Part shown: in pieces, positions 18,992 to 29,378 of the stretch
Layout: the number at the start of each line of letters is the position of its first letter
How positions within the stretch are numbered: position 1 is the first letter of the stretch
Source: Promethearchaeota archaeon
GTDB lineage: Archaea; Asgardarchaeota; Lokiarchaeia; Sigyniarchaeales; SOKP01
DNA: 54,550 nucleotides
NCBI GenBank assembly: GCA_048938895.1
Contig: JBHLLU010000027.1
Span: 1-54,550, forward strand
Direction: 5' to 3'
The notes under the pieces: model-generated
Databases searched by the model: none
What the model was told of the DNA's origin: nothing
The model's input: the letters and a program-made list of their open reading frames with translations, nothing else
Position numbers and translations under genes: made by a program

Positions 18992-20314
18992 ATGGTAGGA
19001 AAGAGAATTTTTATATTTGAATTTGTTTCAGGTGGAGGTTTTAATAAGGAAGATATCCCAATTTCACTTTTTTGTGAAGGTTTTGGGATGCTAAATTCTC
19101 TAATAAAAGATTTTAAATCTTTAGATTTTGAGGTTTACACCTTATTAGATTACAGAATTAATCAATTATCATCACTGTTGGCAGTAAATCATATTATTAT
19201 TAAAAAAGACGGTAATTTGCTAAATCATTTTGAAGAACTTGTGGAACGCACAGATTATAGTTTTATTATTGCTCCAGAATCTCAAAATATTCTTCTTAAA
19301 TTAACTAAAATTGTTCAAAAACACCAAAAAGACCTTTTGAGTACTAATTTAGAAGGGATAGTAATAGGTACATCCAAAATGAAAACATATGAATTTTTTC
19401 AGAAGAATAAACTATTAACACCTAAAACATACTTAATCCCTCCTAAGAATAAACAATTGAATCTTGAGTTTATTATACGCAAATTTAATGAAATGAACAA
19501 ATCAATTGTTATTAAGCCGGAAGATGGGGTTGGGGCTGAATGCATATATTATTTTGAAACAATTGAGCAAATTAAAGAATTTTTTCATCAGGAAAATTCC
19601 AAAATTGATACAACCAGAAATTATATCCTTCAAGAGTATATTGAAGGTGAAGATATAAGCATTTCATTAATAAACATGCCAAGTTCAAGTGATAAAAAAT
19701 CTTACAGATCTCTTCTTCTAAGCATTAATTCACAATTTGTAGATATTAAGAATTATAATTATGAATCAGAATATTTCGGGGGATATACTCCCATAGAGAA
19801 TTTTCAGCAGTATTCTAACGAATTAATGGAGATCCTTAAAGAAGTTGATTTTTCATCATTTTCAGGATATTTCGGGATTGATTTGATAAGAAGTGAGGAT
19901 TCAAAATTCTATTTTATTGAAATTAATCCACGACTTACAACCTCATATATTGGCATTAGAAATGTAATTATTCAAAATCCTGCTAAGTTGATCATGGATT
20001 CAAGATTAAACTTATTACAATCAAAAACAGTTAGTATCCGCTTTTTTTCAATATTTACAAGAATCGAGTTAACATATACAAAATCTAGATTTACCAATAA
20101 ATCTAAAGAAAGTTTAATAAACGAGTTAATGAGAAGAATACCTGAATTTGTAACTCCTCCCATTTCTTTGGAGGATTCTAAGCAATTCACATGTTTTATT
20201 GCAACTAAAACAGAAATATTACATTCTTCAAAAATTAGAATCAAGGAAATAAAACGTATATTACAGGATCTAAATTTTAGTATTGTTAAACAAAAGTTAA
20301 CAAAATTAATGTAA
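18992..20314 (+). CDS. ATP-grasp ligase, MfnD (tyramine-glutamate ligase)-like
   Basis: FEFxSGG..EGxGML, IIAPE, KPxDGVG, QEYIEG, GYFGID, IEINPRLTTSYIG. Confidence 0.75.
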   Translation: MVGKRIFIFEFVSGGGFNKEDIPISLFCEGFGMLNSLIKDFKSLDFEVYTLLDYRINQLSSLLAVNHIIIKKDGNLLNHFEELVERTDYSFIIAPESQNILLKLTKIVQKHQKDLLSTNLEGIVIGTSKMKTYEFFQKNKLLTPKTYLIPPKNKQLNLEFIIRKFNEMNKSIVIKPEDGVGAECIYYFETIEQIKEFFHQENSKIDTTRNYILQEYIEGEDISISLINMPSSSDKKSYRSLLLSINSQFVDIKNYNYESEYFGGYTPIENFQQYSNELMEILKEVDFSSFSGYFGIDLIRSEDSKFYFIEINPRLTTSYIGIRNVIIQNPAKLIMDSRLNLLQSKTVSIRFFSIFTRIELTYTKSRFTNKSKESLINELMRRIPEFVTPPISLEDSKQFTCFIATKTEILHSSKIRIKEIKRILQDLNFSIVKQKLTKLM

Positions 20315-21167
20315 ACGGGAGCATATCTAGTAATAGAGCAATTATAAAACTATTTTCAAATTTCAATTCCTTCTTCACATTCAAGCTATATGAAAGCAAC
20401 CATAACGACCATACTTGAAAAATTATCATTAAAATATTATCAATAAAATTGAATAGATTTATCGTTAAGAGAGATGTGTTTTCAAAAATAAAGTGTATAA
20501 TGAGATAGATAATCATAGGAAATTGTACCAATGCAAATGATATAAAAAACTCCTTAGTATTTTTATCTTTTTTATATAAAATGCGAACTATGGCTTCCAC
20601 AATAACAAAAAATACAAAGAAATTTATGATAAAACTTAGATTACTCAGTACTTGATACACGAGCAATAGATTTTCTTGATTTGTCTCAATAAAAAACAAT
20701 AAAAATGAGCTAAACCCATTTAAATTACAGAATAATGTACCTAAAACAATTAAAGAAATAGATATTAATATCGTATAGATCTTATCTTCTTTATTAAATT
20801 CTATAAACCTCTTTAAGGATAGAACCAAGAACTTTTTTAAAAACGAAGCCTTCAATCCTTTTTCTGGAGTTTTTATTGTCTCAATATTATCCTTTAAAGA
20901 ATTGTAGGCATAAAACCCTAATTCCTTCAAATAATATTTTTTGTCTTCCTTTTGTTCAATTAATTCCGATAAAGTTTCAAGATGATGATATATAGTACCT
21001 GTACTTACTCCCAACTCTTTTTTAAGATGAGTAAACGATGTAAATGAATTATCACCAATAATCTTAATTATTTTTCTTCTTAATTCATGACTTAGAGCAT
21101 AATAGAAACTTGATTCTCGGTCTAGATCACTATTATTATCTGAATTTTCACTTCTTTTTTCACTGAT
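20286..21167 (-). CDS. Winged-HTH (ArsR-like) protein fused to a multi-pass membrane domain; start extended to ATC 21167
   Basis: Frame is open upstream of 21014 and encodes ALSHELRRKIIKII..SFTHLKKELGVSTGTIYHHL (complete wHTH); GGAGGT 9 nt before ATC; about 5 TM helices follow. Confidence 0.7.
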   Translation of the reverse strand: MSEKRSENSDNNSDLDRESSFYYALSHELRRKIIKIIGDNSFTSFTHLKKELGVSTGTIYHHLETLSELIEQKEDKKYYLKELGFYAYNSLKDNIETIKTPEKGLKASFLKKFLVLSLKRFIEFNKEDKIYTILISISLIVLGTLFCNLNGFSSFLLFFIETNQENLLLVYQVLSNLSFIINFFVFFVIVEAIVRILYKKDKNTKEFFISFALVQFPMIIYLIIHFIFENTSLLTINLFNFIDNILMIIFQVWSLWLLSYSLNVKKELKFENSFIIALLLDMLPFTLILLTFV

Positions 21168-21173
21168 AGGATA

Positions 21174-21593
21174 CTAACCTCCTGAAGTATTCTTTTCTGT
21201 TATAATAACATTAACTAAATTAAGGATAATTAACAAAAAACCAATAATTCCAAAGTAAAGACCAATACCCGCATCAGAGATAAATTCTATTTCTTGTGCA
21301 ATATGCTCAATAAAAAAGAAAATTTGAAACCCTAATCCGACAAAAGATAAAATTATTGATTGATTTCTAAATTCAGTTTTAAATATTACTAAAACATGAG
21401 CTATTAAACAAATAATTCCACTTATAATAGGAAAAAGATACAAGAATGAGTTTTCAATTTCTAAATCTGTAAAGATAACATATAATTCAATCAAATTATA
21501 CCTCGAAAACCAAGAGAAAAATTCGGATAATATCAGAAGAAGTGGTCCACTCAATCCAAGAAGAAAGATAAAAGATATCTTTTTAAGCTTCAT
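21174..21593 (-). CDS. Hypothetical membrane protein (~4 TM)
   Basis: Hydrophobic 139-aa ORF. Confidence 0.65.
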   Translation of the reverse strand: MKLKKISFIFLLGLSGPLLLILSEFFSWFSRYNLIELYVIFTDLEIENSFLYLFPIISGIICLIAHVLVIFKTEFRNQSIILSFVGLGFQIFFFIEHIAQEIEFISDAGIGLYFGIIGFLLIILNLVNVIITEKNTSGG

Positions 21594-21731
21594 TAATAAT
21601 CATTTTAATCTAATCTATAATCAAAATTGAAAAACTATAAAAATTCAAAAAGAATAATATTAAAATAAATTCTGAAAATATTAATTTATCTCGGATAAGT
21701 CATAATATATTAAAATATTTATTCAAATCAA

Positions 21732-23126
21732 ATGTCTTCACAAAATAAAACAGAGATTGAAACTGTATCACCTCCACTTTTCAACTATCTGAAACAAGAA
21801 ATCCCTCTTGAGGATTTAAAGGATTACGCATCGCCTAAAAGAATTCAGTCTATTGATTTTGTCAAGGGGTTCGCAATACTTTTTATAATGCTTGCCCACA
21901 CTTCAGCTGGTTGGTTAGATTCAGAATCACGTTATTTATATGGTCTTCTCTTTACTCTGCTTGATATATTAGGTCCTTCTTTATTTGTCTTCCTTTCTGC
22001 ACTAAGTGTTATATTTAGCATTAAAAGGAAGGAAGGACTATTGCCGCAAAAAATAATAAGAAATAGAATTTTTACAAGGGGAGCTGTGATGATTGTTATC
22101 GGGATGCTCACGAATATTGTTGTTCTTGAAGAAGGACAGGTCAGGATTGCGATATGGGGCTGGAACATTATCACTTTTCTTGGATTTTCTCAGATTTTTT
22201 CATTCTACATTTTAAAATTAAGTAAAAGAAATAGAATAATTATAGGATTAGTAATAATTATTTTATCCCCAACAATTAGAGCTATTCTTTTTGAAGGAAA
22301 AGAGTCTGGAAACATTATATTGACTATCCTTCACTATTTTATAACTTCTCCTACTCCTCATTTGACCTTTTTTCCGTATATTTCATATATTTTTATCTCG
22401 ACTATTTTTGGGGAATATATTTACGAAGCTATGAATAAAGGAACTAAGGATGCGTACATAGGTTTATTCCGTATTTTCTTAGTGTGGGGGATATTTTTTG
22501 TAGTTATAGGGATATTTTTCATTTTCCCTAAAGGACTTAGTTTAACTGACTGGGAACCAGGCTGGGCATTGCAAACTCCTGAAACTATGGTAGGAGGATT
22601 ATTAGAATATCCACATCTCAGATTATTAGAGAGTGCGAATAATCAGGACTACTTTGTAATCCCTGGGGTTCCCCTTTTCTTGATAAGATGTACATCAGCC
22701 AATATGTTTTATAACCAAGGTTGCGCATTAATTATTATTGCAATTTTCTTTTATTATATTGATATCAAAAAGAAATCGAATGATTTCATTAATATGTTAA
22801 TTTATTATGGAAAAGTTTCTTTAAGCTTATTCTTACTCCATTTCTTATTTATTCCCTTATTTTTTAGTCAGTTTAGTATTATGTTTTTTCTTATAATAGG
22901 AATAGTATATTTAGGATTTATGGGCTTGCTTATGTATATTTGGAACGAATATGGTCGTGGAGTAGGCTCCCCGGAGTGGCTTATGGTTCAAATGGGACGG
23001 ATTGGTCAAAAATCGGGAGAAGCAGTAGTAAAGACTACCAAGATGGTTTATAACAAGCTTAAAAAGGAAAGAGTTAAAAAGATGGAAGATTTCATGAAAA
23101 AACTGTCCAAAGATGAAGAAAAATAA
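21732..23126 (+). CDS. DUF1624/HGSNAT-like membrane acyltransferase, paralog 1
   Basis: RIxSIDFVKGxA..M..H, PxLFVFLS, multi-TM, C-terminal GSPEWLM. Confidence 0.75.
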   Translation: MSSQNKTEIETVSPPLFNYLKQEIPLEDLKDYASPKRIQSIDFVKGFAILFIMLAHTSAGWLDSESRYLYGLLFTLLDILGPSLFVFLSALSVIFSIKRKEGLLPQKIIRNRIFTRGAVMIVIGMLTNIVVLEEGQVRIAIWGWNIITFLGFSQIFSFYILKLSKRNRIIIGLVIIILSPTIRAILFEGKESGNIILTILHYFITSPTPHLTFFPYISYIFISTIFGEYIYEAMNKGTKDAYIGLFRIFLVWGIFFVVIGIFFIFPKGLSLTDWEPGWALQTPETMVGGLLEYPHLRLLESANNQDYFVIPGVPLFLIRCTSANMFYNQGCALIIIAIFFYYIDIKKKSNDFINMLIYYGKVSLSLFLLHFLFIPLFFSQFSIMFFLIIGIVYLGFMGLLMYIWNEYGRGVGSPEWLMVQMGRIGQKSGEAVVKTTKMVYNKLKKERVKKMEDFMKKLSKDEEK

Positions 23127-23201
23127 ATCAAATATACTTTCTCAATATTTTTTAAGGGTACATAATTATTAATCATCTAATTATTTCAATTAGAATAATC
23201 T

Positions 23202-24485
23202 ATGAATAGAACTCAGTCATTTTTTTTATTATCTATAGGAATCAATGCAATTTATTTAATTATAACATTTCTCTTTTTCTATGTTTTTGATAGTTTTTTA
23301 ATGAGTAGTGATAACAATGATTATCTGTCTTTTCATAATGCGGGGAGAATAGTGATAGAAGATTTGCCTAGCTTATACGATTCATCACTTTATGTATTCC
23401 CATTTAGATACTTTCCTCTGTCAGCGTATTTTTTTACTCCATTTTCTTTATTAGGATTAAAATTAGGTTATTTTACCTTTCAGATTTTCAATTTTTTTTT
23501 GAATTTTATAAATATTTATCTTATTTTTAAAATAATCCAAGTTTATAAAATTCTAAATCCGGATTCAATATTTAACTATAAAACAAATAATCCAAAAGAG
23601 ATCTTCACTCAACCCGAAAATGAATCAATACTTCATCAATGTGCGATTTTTCTCATAATGGCACCACAATTCATGAATTATTTTTTAGGACAGATTAATA
23701 TCATGGTATCTTTTTTCACTCTTGCTTCAATTCTTTACTTTTTGAAAGGTGGAGCTAAAAATGATTTCCTGGGAGGATTTTTACTAGGTATCGGTATCTT
23801 AATTAAGCCGACTTTAATTCTTATCTTGGTATTTATAATCCCTTTTGCTTATGAGAGAAAAAGTAAGAAATTATTGCTAAGTTTAAAACAAGCAATTTTA
23901 AGATTATCTGGTATTTCTATATTATTAATAATTTCTGGAATATATTTCCTAGTCTATCCAAATATGTTTAACGATTTTATTAAAGTGAATCTGGCAGGAA
24001 AATATACTTATAATCTAGGAGGAGAATTAGAGATAAATCCCTCTTTCAGTTTAACGAGAATTTTACTAATTATCTTTGATTTGATAAGCTTAAACATAAG
24101 CAACTCTATAGTATTTATTATAATTTTGTTGCTATTTTTAGTTCCAATATATTTCTTTTTTGTAAAATCTTGTAACCAACCAAATAAGTTAATTTATGGC
24201 TATTTTGCTGGAATTCTTGTCACTCTGATAGCATATTTTGATACCTGGCCTCACCATCTTGTGGTTTCAGCTCCATTTTTAATTCTTTTTATCCTTCTAA
24301 ATAAAGATTTTGATCATATAAAGCTAATAAAATATATGCATTATCTACTCTGCACAATAATATTGGGTTTTTGGGGGCTCTTTTATCTTACTTATGAAAT
24401 CTTCCCATTCAATATAGGGGGGATGTTTCTTTTACTTATCTTATATTATGGTGTATTTCTTTACTTTAGAAATGGATTCACTTAA
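23202..24485 (+). CDS. GT-C glycosyltransferase family 87 (DUF2029)
   Basis: NDYxSF..AG...LY, FRYFP, GQIN, IKP, WPHH; multi-TM. Confidence 0.8.
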   Translation: MNRTQSFFLLSIGINAIYLIITFLFFYVFDSFLMSSDNNDYLSFHNAGRIVIEDLPSLYDSSLYVFPFRYFPLSAYFFTPFSLLGLKLGYFTFQIFNFFLNFINIYLIFKIIQVYKILNPDSIFNYKTNNPKEIFTQPENESILHQCAIFLIMAPQFMNYFLGQINIMVSFFTLASILYFLKGGAKNDFLGGFLLGIGILIKPTLILILVFIIPFAYERKSKKLLLSLKQAILRLSGISILLIISGIYFLVYPNMFNDFIKVNLAGKYTYNLGGELEINPSFSLTRILLIIFDLISLNISNSIVFIIILLLFLVPIYFFFVKSCNQPNKLIYGYFAGILVTLIAYFDTWPHHLVVSAPFLILFILLNKDFDHIKLIKYMHYLLCTIILGFWGLFYLTYEIFPFNIGGMFLLLILYYGVFLYFRNGFT

Positions 24486-24632
24486 TTTATTTGAATAGAT
24501 ATATAATTCACAACTGGTCAAGAAAATAATACTAATTTGGATTTATGATTAAAAAAAATTTATAAATATTTAATTAGGAGATTAAATTAAGTTTTTTAAT
24601 TTTAAAGTAGTAAAATAAAACTCTTAGAAGAA

Positions 24633-25862
24633 ATGTCAAATTCCAACCAGACGATATATGACACCGATGATATTAAGTTTTCTAATGAAAATTATAAAGA
24701 TAATTCATCAACAAGAAGAATTGCATCTATAGATTTTGTAAAAGGGCTTGCAATGGGGTTTATAGTTTTAGCACATGCAGCTTTAGCTTGGTTTGACAAT
24801 GATTGGCGATATATATATGGACTTGTTTTTTCTTTCTTAGATATATTAGGACCCTCCCTGTTTGTGTTCCTATCAGCTTTGAGTGTGATATTTAGTATTA
24901 AACGAAAGAAAAAATCAGTGTCAGATAAGATGATTCGAAATCGCATTATTACTCGCGGCATCGTAATAATAGTTATTGGTATTCTCTTTAATCCGATGTC
25001 TTTGTATACTTCAAATGTAAGTGTTGGATTCCCTCTTAATTTATGGGGTTGGAATTTTCTTGTATTTATTGGCTTCTCCCAGATTTTCTCCTTTTATGTC
25101 TTAAAGATTGGAAAAATACCTAGAGTCATTATTGGTGTAATTGTTATCGTCATTTCACCCTATATTAGAGATTTTCTTTTTGTAAATAAGGATCTTAATC
25201 CTGGAATCTGGATCCTACATTTTCTCGTAACTTCTCCACTCCCTCAGGTTCCATTCCTTCCATGGGTTGCTGTTTGTTTTATTTCTACGTTATTTGGTGA
25301 ATATTTATATGATGCGATGATCAAAGGTACGGAAGAAGCTTATTATCAATTATTTCGGATATTCCTTGGAAGTGGGGCTATACTTGTAATAACAGGGCTT
25401 ATACTAGGATGGGGGAGACAAACTCCTGCTACTTTGGAAGTATCAGAATACCTCCACTTGGATTTACTTAGAATAGCAAATCTACAAGATTATTATCATT
25501 TTGATGGCATGCCAGATTTCATGATTAGAAGTACTATGTCCAATATGTTTTATAACCTTGGTGCTGCTCTAATAATCATAGCTGTGAGCTTTTACTTTAT
25601 TGATATAAAAAGACAAGAAAATGATGTTACTAAAATGGTTATTTTTTACGGAAAAACAAGTTTATCATTGTTTTTAATTCAATACCTATTTCTTCCCCTA
25701 TATATTGGTCAATTTTCGATAATCTTCTATCCCATAGTATACGTTGCTTATTGTGGATTTTTAGGGCTCTTAATGTATGTATGGTATAAATTTTTCGATG
25801 GTATTGGAAGTCCTGAATGGTTAATGACTAAACTTGGACAAATGGGGCAAAAAGCTAAATAA
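24633..25862 (+). CDS. DUF1624/HGSNAT-like membrane acyltransferase, paralog 2
   Basis: Same motifs as 21732..23126; identical stretch LDILGPSLFVFLSALSVIFSIKRK. Confidence 0.75.
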   Translation: MSNSNQTIYDTDDIKFSNENYKDNSSTRRIASIDFVKGLAMGFIVLAHAALAWFDNDWRYIYGLVFSFLDILGPSLFVFLSALSVIFSIKRKKKSVSDKMIRNRIITRGIVIIVIGILFNPMSLYTSNVSVGFPLNLWGWNFLVFIGFSQIFSFYVLKIGKIPRVIIGVIVIVISPYIRDFLFVNKDLNPGIWILHFLVTSPLPQVPFLPWVAVCFISTLFGEYLYDAMIKGTEEAYYQLFRIFLGSGAILVITGLILGWGRQTPATLEVSEYLHLDLLRIANLQDYYHFDGMPDFMIRSTMSNMFYNLGAALIIIAVSFYFIDIKRQENDVTKMVIFYGKTSLSLFLIQYLFLPLYIGQFSIIFYPIVYVAYCGFLGLLMYVWYKFFDGIGSPEWLMTKLGQMGQKAK

Positions 25863-26126
25863 TTAACCATTTATGAATAAGCTTGTTTATCAATAGATGA
25901 GAGTAATTGTTATCTAACAAAATTTTCATAAATACTCCAAATGATTTGTGAAGAGGAATACTTTATATTTACTTCTTGTAAATATATTAATATCTTAGAA
26001 AAATTATATGAAATAAGTGAATTTTTTATTACTATAAATCATTATTTTCATATTAAATTAAAAAATTCTAAATTACAAAATTAAACAAGGTAAAATTGAT
26101 ATATATTATTAAAAAGGAGCTTAACT

Positions 26127-26651
26127 ATGTCGGGGAAAGAACAATATAAGTTCAAGATAACTCTTTTTGGACCGGGGGGTGTGGGAAAAACAAGTCTTTT
26201 ATTAAGATACATTAAAGATTACTTTAGTGATGATTTAAAAAAAACAATTGGTAGTAATTTTTTGATTAAGGATGTGGAGCTTGAGGGAAAATCTGTCCGA
26301 TTACTTTTATGGGATATAGGAGGTCAGCCTCAATTCCATAAACTCCGTACAATTTACTTTAAAGGAAGTAATGGTGCTCTAGGTGTATTTGATCTCTCAT
26401 CAAATCAGACTCTTCTAAAAATACCGGGGTGGATTAGCTCTATTAAAAAAACTGTAAAGAAAACTATTCCTATGATTCTTTTAGGGAATAAAGTTGATTT
26501 AAAACGAGAAGTTGAAAAAGAAGAAGCTTTGGATACAGCAAAAAGATTGGGGTGTGAATATTTAGAAACCTCTGCTAAAACTGGTGAAAATGTAGAAAAT
26601 GCATTTGAAAAAATCGCTAGAGCCTGTTTACGTGATGTAGGGGAAATATAA
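26127..26651 (+). CDS. Rab-like small GTPase
   Basis: G1 GPGGVGKT, G2 TIG, G3 WDIGGQ, G4 NKVD, G5 ETSAK; GGAG upstream. Confidence 0.93.
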   Translation: MSGKEQYKFKITLFGPGGVGKTSLLLRYIKDYFSDDLKKTIGSNFLIKDVELEGKSVRLLLWDIGGQPQFHKLRTIYFKGSNGALGVFDLSSNQTLLKIPGWISSIKKTVKKTIPMILLGNKVDLKREVEKEEALDTAKRLGCEYLETSAKTGENVENAFEKIARACLRDVGEI

Positions 26652-26673
26652 ATAAGTAATTTTATTTTAAGTA

Positions 26674-27291
26674 TTATAGAACCTTTAATTTCTCAAGTTC
26701 TTTAATAAGTTCTTCTTCATTTGAAAACTTGATTGCAATAATTCCTAATTCTCCTGCTGCTCGGATATTATTTATCCCATCATCAATAAAAACTATCTCA
26801 TCTGGATTGCATCCTGCTTTTTCAATTGTAAATTCAAATATCTTTTTATCTGGTTTTGTTAGGTGTACTTCATGAGACAAGATAAATTCATCAAAATATT
26901 GAAGAAAATCCCATTTTTTGCTTATAAGATAATCCCAATGGCTAGCATTCACATTTGATAAGCATAATAATTTTACTCTAATATTTTGTCTTATCTTTTT
27001 AATTATATCAACAATTTCAGGATTATAGCTAGAAATTATACTATTGAAAGCATTAAAAAATCTTTGTTGTCCTACTTCACACACTTGAAGCAAGTCACAT
27101 GCTAAATGGTAAAATTCCTCATCACTCATCAAACCTTGGTGATATATATCAGACTGGCGGAAAAATTCTAATAATATTGGAGTTTGAGGTTTATTTAACG
27201 GGGACTGGGTAATTATGCTATTATAAAAATTAGAGAAATCTAATTCGACTATTACACCACCTAGATCAAAAACTACCGCTTTAACTGCCAT
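26674..27291 (-). CDS. HAD-family phosphatase
   Basis: FDLGGV, LSN, KPD, FIDD motifs. Confidence 0.9.
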   Translation of the reverse strand: MAVKAVVFDLGGVIVELDFSNFYNSIITQSPLNKPQTPILLEFFRQSDIYHQGLMSDEEFYHLACDLLQVCEVGQQRFFNAFNSIISSYNPEIVDIIKKIRQNIRVKLLCLSNVNASHWDYLISKKWDFLQYFDEFILSHEVHLTKPDKKIFEFTIEKAGCNPDEIVFIDDGINNIRAAGELGIIAIKFSNEEELIKELEKLKVL

Positions 27292-27317
27292 TATTTCTAA
27301 CTATTTATTTTATTTTA

Positions 27318-29378
27318 TTATTTTCGAAAGAAAATTCTCGTAGAGAATCTTCTAAAAGGTTTTGGTAATTTATAACGGGGAAAATTCCTTGTATCTTCTT
27401 CAAGCATTTCAAATAGCTCATCTAATTTTATATCGTTAATTTGTTTAGATGTCTGCTTCTTTGGCCCATATGGGATTCCAATTAATCTTTTTCTTACTGA
27501 GATTGTCTGGTTCTCTTTTTCTTTTTTACCAAGTATTACCGTATAAGGTATCCAATCAATTTCAGATTGTCGTATTTTCTTACCAACTGTTTCTTCCCGA
27601 TCATCAAAATCTGCTCTAAATTGCTCACCATTGATTATCTCCAGAATTTTCTCGGCATAATCATTTTGATCATCTGAGACCGTTAAAATTCGAATTTGGA
27701 TTGGAGATAGCCATGTTTTAAACCCAGGAACGATTTTATCCTTATTTCTTATAGCAGACTCTATGAGCCCCCACAAGACTCTTTCTACTGCACCTGTTGG
27801 GGAGTTATGAAGAATAATGGGGTGCCTTATCTGACCATCGCTATCTATAAATGATATATTATATTTCTGTCTTTCCACTCCATCCGTATCTCTCATATAT
27901 TCCAAAGAGCTTTCTACATCAATTTGATTTGTAGCTAACGTAGCACTCTTCCCTTGAGCCGATAATACGTTCCTTTCAAATTTTAAAACGTAATAGTAAT
28001 ATCTAGCATCCCACAATTCTAATAATGTAGGGTGCTTTTCTAATTTTAATAATTCCTTAATCCAATCTTTATTTTCTTTATAAAAGTCTTTTGTTGCTCT
28101 AAAAATAACATAACTCTTTATACCTAAATCATTTTCAAGATTCTTAATTAATTCATATTGCTTTTTAAACTCCTCGATAGAAGATTCTAAGTTACTACAC
28201 ATTGTATGCATATCTGGCATAATAAATCCGCGAAGCCTTCTTAATCCTGAAAGCTCACCCTCTTGTTCTCTTCTAAAAGCATATTGCTCATACTCATAGG
28301 CTCTTAACGGGAGGTAATTTGGTTTTAGATTCATCTGTGAGAATAAATCAAAGAGAAGAAAGTCATTTGCATATCTTAGTAGATATCTATCTTTTCCTGA
28401 TTCAACCCAATAACTTCTCGCAGGAAATCGAGCAGTCTGAGCTGTCAATTTCTTATTTTTTACAGTATACATGACAGGAGTATCGACTAGTATCGCCCCA
28501 AAATCTATTAATCTGTCTTCAATAAAATTTTTTATAAGATTCTTCATAATTACTCCCTTTGTAAACCATCTAAAGTTTCCTGCATCGGTGTTAGGATCAA
28601 AATCTACTAATTCAAATTCTTTCATAACTTTTATATGAACTGGTTCAATAGATTTATCTACGATCCTGGAACCTAATTCTGAATTTAGAAACGCTATATA
28701 ATTGTCATCTTTAATTTCTTTTGGAGGAATTAATCTTTGGTCTTTGTCAAAATTAAGATCAATTTCCCTCCCAGAGGTTTCAATTATTTTGAACACTGAA
28801 TTTTTGAGTTCCTCCTCAGGTTTAATAGCTAATTTAACATCTCGATACATCTCGGCTAATTCATGCCCAAGACAATTAATTTTAAAAGATTTATACCAAC
28901 CAAAAGGAGAATACTTAGCTTCGATACCTCTTTGTTCTAAATGGTCAGCGATTTTTGGGCAAACTTCCATAGCGTTTGATTCATTACTAAGAAATTTGCT
29001 TAAATGAGCCCATGGATAAACTAAAACCTTATCTACACGATAATTATCTCTATCCAATATAAGTTCCATTGCTTTTCTTGGCTTTCCTTTTACTTTTCCC
29101 TGTTCGATCTGCTTATTAATGTTTCTTATTTCTTCATTTCTTTGCCTAATTAGCTCCGGAAACCCTGTAATTTGCAGTATAGCAGATTCTATCTCTTCAG
29201 CACCTTGTTTTGCAATTAAATCTGTATCATAAGTATCTTGATCTTCAACTGACACGTAACAAATTAAGATCAAACCTTCCATTTTAATTATATCTTCTGC
29301 AAACTCTTGGGGATTACTGGTTGCTTCTTTATTCTTGGTGACTTCAACATCTTTAGAATGGATTAATAAGATTTTCAT
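27318..29378 (-). CDS. thrS: Threonyl-tRNA synthetase, archaeal type
   Basis: MKILLIH editing domain with YPWAHLS and PFGWYK; FRREQxGELxGLxRLR, MPDMH, C-terminal anticodon-binding domain. Confidence 0.95.
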   Translation of the reverse strand: MKILLIHSKDVEVTKNKEATSNPQEFAEDIIKMEGLILICYVSVEDQDTYDTDLIAKQGAEEIESAILQITGFPELIRQRNEEIRNINKQIEQGKVKGKPRKAMELILDRDNYRVDKVLVYPWAHLSKFLSNESNAMEVCPKIADHLEQRGIEAKYSPFGWYKSFKINCLGHELAEMYRDVKLAIKPEEELKNSVFKIIETSGREIDLNFDKDQRLIPPKEIKDDNYIAFLNSELGSRIVDKSIEPVHIKVMKEFELVDFDPNTDAGNFRWFTKGVIMKNLIKNFIEDRLIDFGAILVDTPVMYTVKNKKLTAQTARFPARSYWVESGKDRYLLRYANDFLLFDLFSQMNLKPNYLPLRAYEYEQYAFRREQEGELSGLRRLRGFIMPDMHTMCSNLESSIEEFKKQYELIKNLENDLGIKSYVIFRATKDFYKENKDWIKELLKLEKHPTLLELWDARYYYYVLKFERNVLSAQGKSATLATNQIDVESSLEYMRDTDGVERQKYNISFIDSDGQIRHPIILHNSPTGAVERVLWGLIESAIRNKDKIVPGFKTWLSPIQIRILTVSDDQNDYAEKILEIINGEQFRADFDDREETVGKKIRQSEIDWIPYTVILGKKEKENQTISVRKRLIGIPYGPKKQTSKQINDIKLDELFEMLEEDTRNFPRYKLPKPFRRFSTRIFFRK

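Noticed and set aside
21174-21176. Pyrrolysine or genome-wide amber recoding
   Set aside because: TAG ends several clearly complete genes in this window (e.g. ribK, the MTase, the CDP-alcohol transferase) and no pyl genes are present
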